From a virus (lineage: Duplodnaviria > Caudoviricetes): 64,000 nt of DNA. A model generated the notes under the pieces. The model did not search any database, had not been told where the DNA came from, and worked only from the letters and a program-made list of their open reading frames with translations. Position 1 is the stretch's first letter; every line of letters begins with the position of its first letter. Position numbers and translations under genes: made by a program. The stretch lies in IMG/VR virus record IMGVR_UViG_3300032227_000508, positions 926 through 64,925 of that record. The stretch is one strand, 5' to 3'. Positions 46,022 to 55,694 of this stretch are shown here, piece by piece.

Positions 46022-47507
46022 TTATATTCTTTCACAAGATATTACCCTACTTATGGGAATCCCTATAGTTTTAAATGATTCATTAAAATCTTTAAAAACC
46101 AAAGTTCTAAAATCTTTTGTAGCCAAAACATACGTCCCCTCTATTTCTTCTATCATTTCTCCTAACTCATACACAACCTTAAATCGATATGGTTTCTGAT
46201 ATTTTTTCGCCACCGATAAGATTTTGGTATTGATATTGTGATTTTTTACAGCGTATATATGTTTAATATTTCCGCTTTCTAGTACTACACTCCCAATTAC
46301 TTTTTGATTCTTTTCCATTTTATTTATTTTATTTAATAAGCCTTAAACATACCTACGCATATCTGTCTGAAATTTAATCTGTTCTGAATAGTTTCTTCTT
46401 ATAATTTCTATTCTCTTCAAAATTGCACTTGCAAATTCTTCAAGCTCATCCATTTCTATATCAAAAAAAATAGACTTATCATCATCAAATTGAGAATGTA
46501 AATCTCCATGAAAAATAGTATCATTCCCCATTGACTCATTCTGAAGCTTATATAATACCAAATCATGGGTCTCTCCATATATCTTAATTCTAGATACATT
46601 CTTAATGTCCTCCAATGTCATATTATCGCTGATATGAAGATTTTTTATTGGCAATTTCATTTCCATTTTAGTTTTAATTTAAATTTTAGTTAAAAATAAA
46701 TCATAAGGGTAGTCAGTTCCGTGCCACCCATACAATTTTCCTGTTAAATCCCAAGCATACGACTCGTAAGCCCCTCTAATTTCAATCCATCCGACAATCT
46801 GATGCCCATCTTTTGCTTTTACATTAATTCCCCCGATGATTATGTCGAATTCTTTTCTTGTAATTACTTTGTAATTACTTGTTTGCATTAACCCCCAATT
46901 AAAATCTACCATCCTCTTTCTGATTTAGATAGGATTAGCCTTCCGTGTGACGTATACTTCGCATTACTATCCATATTATTAATATAGATGTCTTCGCTCG
47001 TTATTATCCCAAACTCTTCTTTAATCAAAGAAACATCGACTTTTTCTTCATGCTTATATACTTTGTTTACATAAATAATTATTCCACAAGACAACAAAAT
47101 ACAAATAGCAATTGCCTCAACAATATGTTTTTTACTTTTCATTTTTATTTTGATTTGGTTTAACATACAACAATAATAAAATACGCAACTGCGACAAAAA
47201 TTAAACATAAAACAAACTCCAGTACTTCCCCTGTAGTTATTTGCTTCTTACTCATTTACTTTAAAGAGATTTCTAATTTGACTGACTGCTCTGTGCCATC
47301 TTCGGCATCTTCTACTACAACTGATAATGTCCCCTCGTAAGAGAATTGTATATCGTATGTTCGCCCACCTAATTCAAATGTGTACCAAACATTCCCAAAA
47401 TCGTACGGAGACCAATTGATTTCCGTACGTTCTTCTACCTTATTAACTTTTGCCGATATCTTGGCAACCATTGTAAATGGATTTACATCAACTATAATTC
47501 TCATCAT
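46022..47507 (-). CDS. Five hypothetical ORFs (46022-46318, 46343-46666, 46679-46912, 46906-47142 with TM/Cys N-terminus, 47256-47507)
   Basis: Co-oriented ORFs; no recognisable catalytic motif. Confidence 0.6.
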
Positions 47508-47509
47508 TT

Positions 47510-47935
47510 TTAAATTAAATCTGCTTCAAAAAATATATTCTTGGACTCGTCCCGCATAACAATGTAATTGCTTATCAAATTATTTAATAACAAATCTTCT
47601 GCTATCGCATCGGCAAAGTTATTAGGCAACCTAAAGTGCTTACAACCTTTCTTTATTATCCAAATCTTTGGATTATGTAGGTCTACATCGTTATAGTATA
47701 CGTTTACCCAATTAGGTAAACATATATTCTCGTTTGCTAGATTGTACCAATAGAAATATCCATCTTGGCTTAAATCAAAAACGAACCCGCCCGATAAGAA
47801 TTGCTTTATAGAAAAGCATCTATCTTCTAAAAACTCTTCAAAGCTTGGCTTATCATTCTGCCGAATGTATTCGGACTTATATTTATCTTGTTGCTCAAAT
47901 GATAACAACTCGAAATAATCTTTTCTTGTAGGCAT
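47510..47935 (-). CDS. Hypothetical protein sharing a domain with 47966-48376
   Basis: FELLS..QQ.KY....FEEFL....SI..FLSGGFVF..SQDGY.YW. Confidence 0.65.
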   Translation of the reverse strand: MPTRKDYFELLSFEQQDKYKSEYIRQNDKPSFEEFLEDRCFSIKQFLSGGFVFDLSQDGYFYWYNLANENICLPNWVNVYYNDVDLHNPKIWIIKKGCKHFRLPNNFADAIAEDLLLNNLISNYIVMRDESKNIFFEADLI

Positions 47936-47965
47936 AATATTGCTTGGTTAAAATGTAATTGAATT

Positions 47966-48376
47966 TTATTTGTTCCTGAGATCAGTCTCCAGCTCAAGCC
48001 AAAAGGATAAACCTTCTTTAGATGTAATGTAAACAAACCCGCTTCGAAGAAATGAATCTATTGAATCCCATTCTTTATCAAGGTAGTCTTCAAACACCCA
48101 ATTACTCATCCTCTTCTCGCTATTCCAATTTGCTTTAAACTTCTTTCTTTGGCTAATAGTTAATAACTCAAACCAATAATGCCCATTCTTGTCGCCACTC
48201 TGACTCTTATTTCTTTTTGGTAAATCGATATCATTTACGATATCAATTAATTTTGTGATTAACCTCTCATCATTTGAATATGCAAGGTCTGACAAAAACA
48301 AATTCATCTCGTTCAATGGCTTATCTTGACCAAAGTGAGAAATTAATGCACTAACTACATCTGTACGATTTTTCAT
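47966..48376 (-). CDS. Hypothetical protein sharing a domain with 47510-47935
   Basis: FELLT..QR.KF....FEDYL....SI..FLRSGFVY..SKEG..FW; start re-assigned to MKNRTD. Confidence 0.65.
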   Translation of the reverse strand: MKNRTDVVSALISHFGQDKPLNEMNLFLSDLAYSNDERLITKLIDIVNDIDLPKRNKSQSGDKNGHYWFELLTISQRKKFKANWNSEKRMSNWVFEDYLDKEWDSIDSFLRSGFVYITSKEGLSFWLELETDLRNK

Positions 48377-48395
48377 TTTATTTTTATTTAAATTG

Positions 48396-49043
48396 TTACA
48401 ATACTGCACCCCATTGACTTGCCATCGCATCTGCCATGCCTTGAAATGTTTTACTTCTCATTCCTCTACGTTCTTCGGGTGACTTCGCCTTCTGCAATGC
48501 CTCGTAATACCACATCGCTTGCCGTTTAGGTTTACCCGACTTCCCATCAATCCACTCCTTGAACTCCCCCTTCTCAACCATATTTGTAGGCACTAACTTT
48601 GGTAAATTAGTTAACCACAAACAAGTAGTCTTACTCGCTGAATCTCCAAACCAATAGGGCTGAACGATTTGGTCGGGCTTCCGCAACTTCGATGATATGA
48701 CTGATACAAGATTCTCAATTGCAATTCGAGGGATGTTTGCCATCATCAGTTTGTAGACAAATACTAATGCTTGCCTCTGATTCTCGTACCTTTCTTCGTT
48801 TGGTGTGCCATCCTTATTATATAGATGCCTTGCACCGCTTACTGATAGGTAGGTACATGGTGGATGTGCAATCATTAAATCCCAACCCTTGTCAATTACT
48901 TCGAACACATCTTGCTCATAGTGGAAATCGGGATGACCCCCACTACATGGCAATATGTCACAACTGAACGCTTCGAAACCTAATTTGCGAAACGCTAATG
49001 TTACTGCTTGACTCTCTTCGCAAGCTACTAATACTCTCTTCAT
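48396..49043 (-). CDS. Second compact DNA cytosine methyltransferase-like protein
   Basis: VLVACEES (degenerate motif I), IAHPPCTYLS (motif IV), IAIENL (motif VI), RSKTFQGMADAMASQW C-terminus. Confidence 0.75.
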   Translation of the reverse strand: MKRVLVACEESQAVTLAFRKLGFEAFSCDILPCSGGHPDFHYEQDVFEVIDKGWDLMIAHPPCTYLSVSGARHLYNKDGTPNEERYENQRQALVFVYKLMMANIPRIAIENLVSVISSKLRKPDQIVQPYWFGDSASKTTCLWLTNLPKLVPTNMVEKGEFKEWIDGKSGKPKRQAMWYYEALQKAKSPEERRGMRSKTFQGMADAMASQWGAVL

Positions 49044-49108
49044 AACTTTTTTAGTTTAATCTAAAAATCTAATTGAATTTAACCAGTGGATCAGGGCTGG
49101 CACCAGTG

Positions 49109-50400
49109 TTAAATGATTCGAATTATAAACATATCTGTACATATTTCTACACCATTAAATGCTTCTTCAAAACCCGCTAAAGACCACACATTGCCTTGCT
49201 CTTCAGCTATTTCAATAAACTCCCAATTAGAAATTTCTTTCCAACCTATAATCTCAACTGCATCCTTGAACTCTTCTTTAAGTTCATCTTGGTTAATTCC
49301 GTATACTCTAATTTCTTTTTCCATAATTGATTTTATTTAAAGTTTGACGTAACAAAATGACACCCATCTATCATCAACATGAAAATCCTCATCATTGATG
49401 CTTTCGCAGAAATCTGAAATCGGCATACAAGACAATTTGTGCATGACACATAAATCAGATAACTCGTTAGGAGTATACCTCTCGTTCTCCATATTTTCAA
49501 CTGACCTTCTTTCAGTTTTGCTGACATCAGCAATAATCATCATTAGCTTATCCATAATTATATTTCGTTTGAATCGGTTATTTAGATTATAAACTTGGTA
49601 AAATTCCGCAGTAATGCTCTTCACGATAGTAATCTATTACTCCCATGTCATTCCCCTCATCATCAGATAAGATAGTTAATATGATTCCATCGCTCAACTC
49701 CATTACAATGCCTCGCTTGTGCCAACCATTATTATCTGCAACTTCTTTAGAGATGTACTCAACTTTAATGATAGTCTTGCCTTGCAAAACCTCAACGGCT
49801 TTTTTTTGCCAAAATACTTCTGATGTCATTAGTCTTCGTTTTGAGATTGGTCTTTGAAATAGTATGCTACATTAATTACCTGCTGAATTAATTCTCCTTC
49901 GCTTAAACGAACCAAATCATTCGCATCGTACTCATCGCCCAACAAGTCTTCGAGGGCATTAATTAATTGCTTTCTCATAATTGTTATTATTTAAATTGTG
50001 TAACTCCTATAAACTTGATTGATACATTATCGTACTCCACATCCGCACCAACTATATCACATACATCTTCCCATGTGTGCGACCTCTCGAAATCATCTGC
50101 ATATAAGGATAGAACTCCTTTGACTGAATCGAAACTTTCCTCATCAGATTCGGGCATAAAATCTTCGAACATCTCATAATTCTCATCATAGATTTCGACT
50201 TTCTCCAAAACATCTAATTGATTCCATTCCTCACGCAATGCGTCTAAATACTTTTGGAACTTCTCTTCGGACATTGTTGTCGCTTCATGTACGACATCTT
50301 CAAAGTGAATGCGACTTAACGCTACAAATGGCATACATCCGTACCATTCGTTCAACTGCACATCGATGGCAGTCAATTGGTCTTTAATTGAGTTTTTCAT
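49109..50400 (-). CDS. Small acidic early ORFs (49109-49324, 49337-49624, 49587-49829, 49829-49978, 49987-50400)
   Basis: Co-oriented, acidic, downstream of promoter-like site at 50433. Confidence 0.6.
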
Positions 50401-50432
50401 TGTGTTAATTGATTTGTTTGATTAATAATGAT

Positions 50433-50445
50433 GCAATATAATACA
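50433..50445 (-). promoter_or_regulatory. Promoter variant TGTATTATATTGC
   Basis: Near match to the 38040/45988 promoters. Confidence 0.5.
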
Positions 50446-50538
50446 TATGATATAGTAATGTCAAGTGTTTTCCCATATTTATTTTTCTCCTGTGGGATTA
50501 CCTGTGTGATCAGTAAACACTTGTAATTCATTTACTTA

Positions 50539-50895
50539 CATTTTTAGATTAGCCTAAAAAAGTAATTGAATTGGATCGTATTCTCTCCTGCAGGAACCAC
50601 AGCTGGAACCGGATCCCCTAAAGCTGACCTATTTATTTATATTTTTAGACGCACCTAAAAAAGTAATTGAACGGTAGTAGATTTGCTCCAGCAACCAGCA
50701 CTTGCTCCAGCTTTAGACGGAATTCAATTAGATTAGATTTTGCCTAACGGATAGTTAATGATGATAGTGGAATTTGAGTAAAAGTAATTTTGCCTAACGG
50801 ATAGTTAATGATGATAGTGGTTTTGGGAAAAAATTGATTTACATTTTTTAGGCTGACCTAAATTTAATTTTAGTCTAGCCTAAAAAAGTAATTGA
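50539..50895. repeat. Non-coding repeat block: 3 x CCTAAAAAAGTAATTGA within TTTTAG-N6-CTAAA(A) dyads
   Basis: 17-mer at 50553, 50654, 50879; 44-bp imperfect palindrome at about 50845-50887; related dyad at about 49047-49078. Confidence 0.85.
50737..50820. repeat. 34-bp perfect direct repeat, 50-bp period
   Basis: ATTTTGCCTAACGGATAGTTAATGATGATAGTGG at 50737-70 and 50787-820. Confidence 0.95.
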
Positions 50896-50960
50896 GTGCT
50901 ACCTGTTCTCCAGCAGAAATTTAAATATCAAAAAAATTGAATTAGATTTTTATATGGGGC

Positions 50961-50993
50961 AAAAAAAAATCCCTCACATTTCTATGAGGGATT
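50961..50993 (-). terminator. Intrinsic terminator after amidotransferase gene
   Basis: AATCCCTCA-8nt-TGAGGGATT stem followed by T9 on the - strand. Confidence 0.85.
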
Positions 50994-51013
50994 GTATTAG
51001 AACGTAGGATTAA

Positions 51014-51829
51014 TTAAATGCAGTACCATTTGAGATTCTCCATCTCTTCCCATTCGGCAATGGATAACGATGCAACATCTCTCTTCTTTAACTCATTGAA
51101 TCTATCTTGATACACATCAAATTCTTCATACACATCATCCACTATTGGCGGATAAACGATTTGCTTTTGCTTGGGCATATCCCATGAGGATTCAGAATTC
51201 CATCTATATTTAGGCTTTGGATTATGCTTGGCATTATGGTAAACTTTTGTGCCACCATAATCAACATAATCAATCTTTTTGTATGTGCTATTACTAAACC
51301 AACATCCATCGAATTCATCATCTCTCTTGCCTAATGATTCATTGATAATAGTGTATTCATTATAGGCATTCAAGAAAACTAATTTACTACTGCCAATAAA
51401 CTTCTGAATCAATTTAAGAATAGCATCATTGTAAATGAAATCACTTGGTAGTTTACGCAGATACGTTTCATTGAATAGATTCGTATCTGATTTCTTTGCA
51501 TCAATACCATTCAATTCTGAAATGATTCCGTTATGAACGAAAGCTAAATCCCCACCAACCCGGAATGGATGACAATTGGTTTCATTAACTCCACCACTTG
51601 TACTAATGCGGAAATGTAGAACGACATTACTTTGCGGATTCTCTTTACGAATCTCAATGTACTTGTTGTAGAAATTCTGAAACGATTGAATCTCTTTGTG
51701 AATATATAACTGATTCGTTTTGACATCAGTCCAAATCATTCCGCCACCATCTTTGTTGTTGTTCCAACAATTGCGGATTAACTCTTGAGTAAAAGTAACA
51801 TTAGGGGAATTTAAAATTGCGATACACAT
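51014..51829 (-). CDS. Class II (Ntn) glutamine amidotransferase
   Basis: N-terminal MC, NxDGxG, HFRIST.G, NCHPF, HNGII, SDT motifs. Confidence 0.9.
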   Translation of the reverse strand: MCIAILNSPNVTFTQELIRNCWNNNKDGGGMIWTDVKTNQLYIHKEIQSFQNFYNKYIEIRKENPQSNVVLHFRISTSGGVNETNCHPFRVGGDLAFVHNGIISELNGIDAKKSDTNLFNETYLRKLPSDFIYNDAILKLIQKFIGSSKLVFLNAYNEYTIINESLGKRDDEFDGCWFSNSTYKKIDYVDYGGTKVYHNAKHNPKPKYRWNSESSWDMPKQKQIVYPPIVDDVYEEFDVYQDRFNELKKRDVASLSIAEWEEMENLKWYCI

Positions 51830-51933
51830 AATGATTGTTGTTTAAATTGTGTTTGAAAAATTGTAATTGAATTTATTAATTGCTGATAGTGGAATTTGCT
51901 ATAGGGGAGAATGTTTCATCTCCCCATATGCAA

Positions 51934-53661
51934 TCACATATTATTTACTGCATTTCTAATTGTGGAGAAATCGAATGAAATGAAATCCCTATCGAATCTC
52001 TTCGCCATGTCTATAGAATCTAATATCCTTTGCTTGATTTTGCTTGGGCTAAACTCTTTAGTCATATGCTTATACAAATCTGATTCCTTATCAGTTAGCA
52101 TATTGCATACTTCATTGAATCTATTTGTAGGATTGTTAGCCATGATTCGTAGTAAACCAATACGCCAATTCAATTGGTCGATATTTTTTACTAAAGGAAA
52201 GATTCGGAATTCAATTCTTTGTGAAACAATATCCTCGATGATTCTTACTGCTTGGAATTTTTCCGTAGTGTTATGTTTCATCTCTTGTTTTTCTTTTGCT
52301 TTGCAATAATATTTGTCGTGTCGATTACGATAGATTGCATAGAATAATGGCATATAACCGCTTATCATTTCAAAGGTATCCTTTGCAGATGTATAACTTC
52401 TGCTGAAATGTATATGACCTCCACAAGATGCATTTGATTTGTCATAAGAAATCAAATCATGGTCATTCCCATTGATAAGATTTGGAAATGCTATCTCAAT
52501 TTCTTTTGCCTCATTGATAAGGTCATCTTCAAATAAAGGATAACATGGTGAAACCAATTCGTAACCAATTACATCACATAAACTGCCATCCCTCTCTTTC
52601 TTCCATCCAAATCTTTGACCTATAGATACATTCGAATGCTTACTCCCAAGATAACTTTGTTTCTCAATTTCAACTCCAATTTTGAATACATATCTCTGCT
52701 CGAATTGTAATTCCTTTACGCTGAATTCACGATGATAAGTATATCGTGGATTCCTATGGTTTCTTCTTGCACAAGCATTTGCATCATGTTGTGCATCCAA
52801 TCTGCTATTACATATTGGACATCTTGCATCAACATAACCATTTACGATGGCAGAATTCTCATCAAAATACGGAATGCCATCATGATTTATTGGACTAAAA
52901 CGAAAATCATAGTCATAGCCATTCGCCAATGTAAATGTGTACAATTGATTTCTATCTAATCTTATTGCAGATGTATGAGAAATAAAAATTCTCTCATTAA
53001 TGCCGTCTTCATTAACTACATAATATTCTCGACAATCATTCCTTAAAACTTTATTGTTAGTTATGTAACAAGTAACAACATCTTGATGGTCATGTGTAAC
53101 ATATAAGGTAAATCGTTTTGTAGGACATTGTTCCATCGATACAGAATTCCTTGTTTTAATTAAACTTGAAATCATAGATTCATAAATGGTAGAATATCTT
53201 CTAACCACATAATCCATTTTATCGTTCGCTTTGTGAATTAAAACTAAATCTCCCCAAAGGTTTTTGTCAGTTACTTTCAAATCAATCCATCTATGCTCAT
53301 CCAATGAATAAACATAACCCGAATTGAATCTATGCTCATCTGACATAAAGTACAATGTCTTATTGCCATACATGATGGATATCGTTTTGCCCAATGATAT
53401 GTTAGCGATGTATGTGTTTCCCTCATTGTTTGGATTCCTATGATATCGAACACAATCAGATTTTAAGAAACATGCTCTTGACCATGTTTGTGATTGTTCA
53501 TGGAAGAAATATGCTTTGGTAATCTTCTCGAATTCTGTTGAATTCCTATCGTTGAATGCAGTAAAATTAAAACGATTCCTCGATGATGGGTATGAATCAT
53601 GTAATGTGGCTGAATCATGTACATTAATTGATTCTCCAAAAATTGTTGTTACGATTGACAT
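51934..53661 (-). CDS. Putative amidoligase (glutamine-synthetase-like COOH-NH2 ligase) with long unknown N-terminal region
   Basis: KIGVEIE, ERDGSL, GYELVSP, SCGGHIHFS, RIEFRIF; CPIC Zn-finger before the ligase domain. Confidence 0.8.
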   Translation of the reverse strand: MSIVTTIFGESINVHDSATLHDSYPSSRNRFNFTAFNDRNSTEFEKITKAYFFHEQSQTWSRACFLKSDCVRYHRNPNNEGNTYIANISLGKTISIMYGNKTLYFMSDEHRFNSGYVYSLDEHRWIDLKVTDKNLWGDLVLIHKANDKMDYVVRRYSTIYESMISSLIKTRNSVSMEQCPTKRFTLYVTHDHQDVVTCYITNNKVLRNDCREYYVVNEDGINERIFISHTSAIRLDRNQLYTFTLANGYDYDFRFSPINHDGIPYFDENSAIVNGYVDARCPICNSRLDAQHDANACARRNHRNPRYTYHREFSVKELQFEQRYVFKIGVEIEKQSYLGSKHSNVSIGQRFGWKKERDGSLCDVIGYELVSPCYPLFEDDLINEAKEIEIAFPNLINGNDHDLISYDKSNASCGGHIHFSRSYTSAKDTFEMISGYMPLFYAIYRNRHDKYYCKAKEKQEMKHNTTEKFQAVRIIEDIVSQRIEFRIFPLVKNIDQLNWRIGLLRIMANNPTNRFNEVCNMLTDKESDLYKHMTKEFSPSKIKQRILDSIDMAKRFDRDFISFDFSTIRNAVNNM

Positions 53662-53700
53662 AATTGTGATTGTTTTGATTGTTAAAAATTAGATTGATTA

Positions 53701-53862
53701 TCAGTTTTCTTTTTGACCTATAAAAATTGTAAGAATGCTAATGCCGACATATGCGACAATGCAGAAAATTGCTTCAGCAAAACCACTATGTTTTGCACAA
53801 AAAATGGACATGGGAATTAATCCTTGAATAACTACCATCGGTAAAATAAATTGCTTTTTCAT
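53701..53862 (-). CDS. 53-aa two-TM membrane protein (not in ORF track)
   Basis: MKKQFILPMVVIQGLIPMSIFCAKHSGFAEAIFCIVAYVGISILTIFIGQKEN. Confidence 0.6.
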   Translation of the reverse strand: MKKQFILPMVVIQGLIPMSIFCAKHSGFAEAIFCIVAYVGISILTIFIGQKEN

Positions 53863-53882
53863 TTTGTGTTTGTTTTGATTGT

Positions 53883-54152
53883 TTAAAATTGTTGTGATTG
53901 ATTGTCGATGTATTCCATTACATCATTCGCTTCGATGTATGCATCCTTATCAGCTAATGAATCGAATCTTCTACCATCGAATTCAATTACATCCGCCATG
54001 TATTTACGAATGTAATAATCCATTAAACCTTGAACGGATTCGAAATCGAATCTGTATTGAGTACATTGTGTTTTGAATCCAATGCAATTTTCTCTTCGCC
54101 AATCCATGAATTGGATGTATTCTTGATTGGTCATTGTTACTTGATTTTTCAT
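53883..54152 (-). CDS. Hypothetical early protein
   Basis: Start likely MKNQVT (54152), because a promoter-like GTATTATCTTTA at 54279-90 would place the TSS inside the longer ORF. Confidence 0.55.
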   Translation of the reverse strand: MKNQVTMTNQEYIQFMDWRRENCIGFKTQCTQYRFDFESVQGLMDYYIRKYMADVIEFDGRRFDSLADKDAYIEANDVMEYIDNQSQQF

Positions 54153-54878
54153 TGTAATTGGGGTTAAATTGTTAAAAATATGCGTTTCCAGAGAAACCAT
54201 GCATGACGGATTAGCATCTAAACCATTGAAAATCAATGTGTTATGTGTTTTGATATGTCGTGCTGATTTGCTCATATGTAAAGATAATACTAATGTTTTA
54301 AAATCCTATACATATAGTAAGGAAAATTTTATAGGTCAATGAATGTAAATGAATGGATTTTGTTAGTGCAGATTTTTGCCCCAAAATAATTTGTAATAAA
54401 ATGGAAATGTAATTGAATCGAAATGTAATTGGATAGGTAAGATTTTGTTTTAGTGTTTATGTTCGAGCGGATTGTTCGTTCTTCTTATCTGTATGTTGTG
54501 GCAAAAGTAATTGAGATAAGGAATTCGATTTGACATAATTCCAGTGCATATGTTATAACATATTTTATGTGGAAAAAGTGGTCTGATACATCAGAAATTA
54601 GGTTTTTGAAATGCAAAAAAAATGATCACTCGGTCAAATTTTCTGATTTCGCAAATTTTTTCTGCCGGATCCCAATAATATATATAACCCTAAGAATCCA
54701 AGCCCACAGTATAAAAAAATACTATTAGAAAATAAACGCTGATACAAAGCTGACACATCAACGACACTATGCTTTGCTTGACATCTGCTAACACATAATT
54801 CATTCTATAACAATATCTCTTACTTCGCATAAAATAATGCCTTACAAGCAAGCGTTATGAAAAATCAATATGATTCTA

Positions 54879-54886
54879 TAACTTTG
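54879..54886 (+). promoter_or_regulatory. -7 element TAACTTTG, start of head/packaging operon
   Basis: Exact TAnnTTTG, then AACCAAACA leader and ATG 54912. Confidence 0.65.
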
Positions 54887-54911
54887 GATTTACAAACCAA
54901 ACAGACAAATT

Positions 54912-55568
54912 ATGTTACAATACGAGCTTTCTCAAGCATCTCCTAATTCTTTGATTGTAGAAATTGGTGCACAATACGATGACACAGTTCAGTATGGCTC
55001 ATTATCTATCTTCATAGACCCATTATTTAAACCCACACACAATGCAAGAATATACGGACTGGTTAAAGCTATCCCAAAAGGCAAGTGCTATAATGAAGAC
55101 GGGATTGAAATTGAAGCCGATGTACAAGTTGGCGATAAAGTATACTTTCATTACTTGGCAACATTTGATGAGAACGCTTGTCTTTATGGCAACTACTATA
55201 GAATACCTTATTGTTGGATTTTTTGTGTGGTCAGGGGTACTGATATTATACCTATTGGCGGTTGGACATTTTGTGAGAAAACGGTTGAAGGGGAGGAAGA
55301 ATTTTCTGAGGTAGAAGTCAATGGTGTGAAGATATCTGCTGTCACAAATTCTTCTGGATTAGTAACATCTATTGGAAAAAATGAATCTACCAAAGTTGCA
55401 ATTATGCGACACATTGGAAAACCGTTAAAAAATGTAAATCCTATTGATGTAAATTCGGGGGAAAAAGTTTTGATTGAAAAGTCACTTAACTTTGAAAACA
55501 CTATTGAGGGCAAATCTTACTATACGATACGTCAAGGGGATATATTGGGTAAATATAAAACATTTTAG
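54912..55568 (+). CDS. Tandem GroES/Cpn10-like co-chaperonin
   Basis: Two modules: GLVKAIPKG...DVQVGDKVYF and PIGGWTFCE...VNSGEKVLI...IEGKSYYTIRQGDILG. Confidence 0.7.
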   Translation: MLQYELSQASPNSLIVEIGAQYDDTVQYGSLSIFIDPLFKPTHNARIYGLVKAIPKGKCYNEDGIEIEADVQVGDKVYFHYLATFDENACLYGNYYRIPYCWIFCVVRGTDIIPIGGWTFCEKTVEGEEEFSEVEVNGVKISAVTNSSGLVTSIGKNESTKVAIMRHIGKPLKNVNPIDVNSGEKVLIEKSLNFENTIEGKSYYTIRQGDILGKYKTF

Positions 55569-55694
55569 GGTGATGCTATAGTAGCAGGGGGTGATAGCGG
55601 GGTATCACCCATACAATTGTTTGGGTGATAGCGGGGTAGCAGGGGGGGTGATAGCGGGGTAGCAGGGGGGTGATAGCGGGGTATCACCATAATA
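55568..55694 (+). promoter_or_regulatory. Second iteron array: 4 perfect plus 1 degenerate TGATAGCGGGGTA(T/G)CA, followed by about 110 bp AT-rich DNA
   Basis: 16-mers at 55592, 55626, 55649, 55671 (degenerate 55571); inverted relative to the array at 45318-45388. Confidence 0.9.

Noticed and set aside
50539-50895. CRISPR or mini-CRISPR array
   Set aside because: Repeat spacing is irregular (101 and 225 bp), repeat centres vary, spacers share motifs with each other, and no cas operon is present; kept only as an unexplained repeat block.
50585-50915. Chi-like GCTGG cluster
   Set aside because: GCTGGAG differs from E. coli Chi and Bacteroidota Chi sequences are unknown to me; noted only within the repeat-block finding.
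45318-55694. 10-kb invertible segment bounded by the inverted iteron arrays
   Set aside because: No site-specific recombinase in the window, and inversion would break the initiator gene; rare RecA-mediated inversion cannot be excluded.
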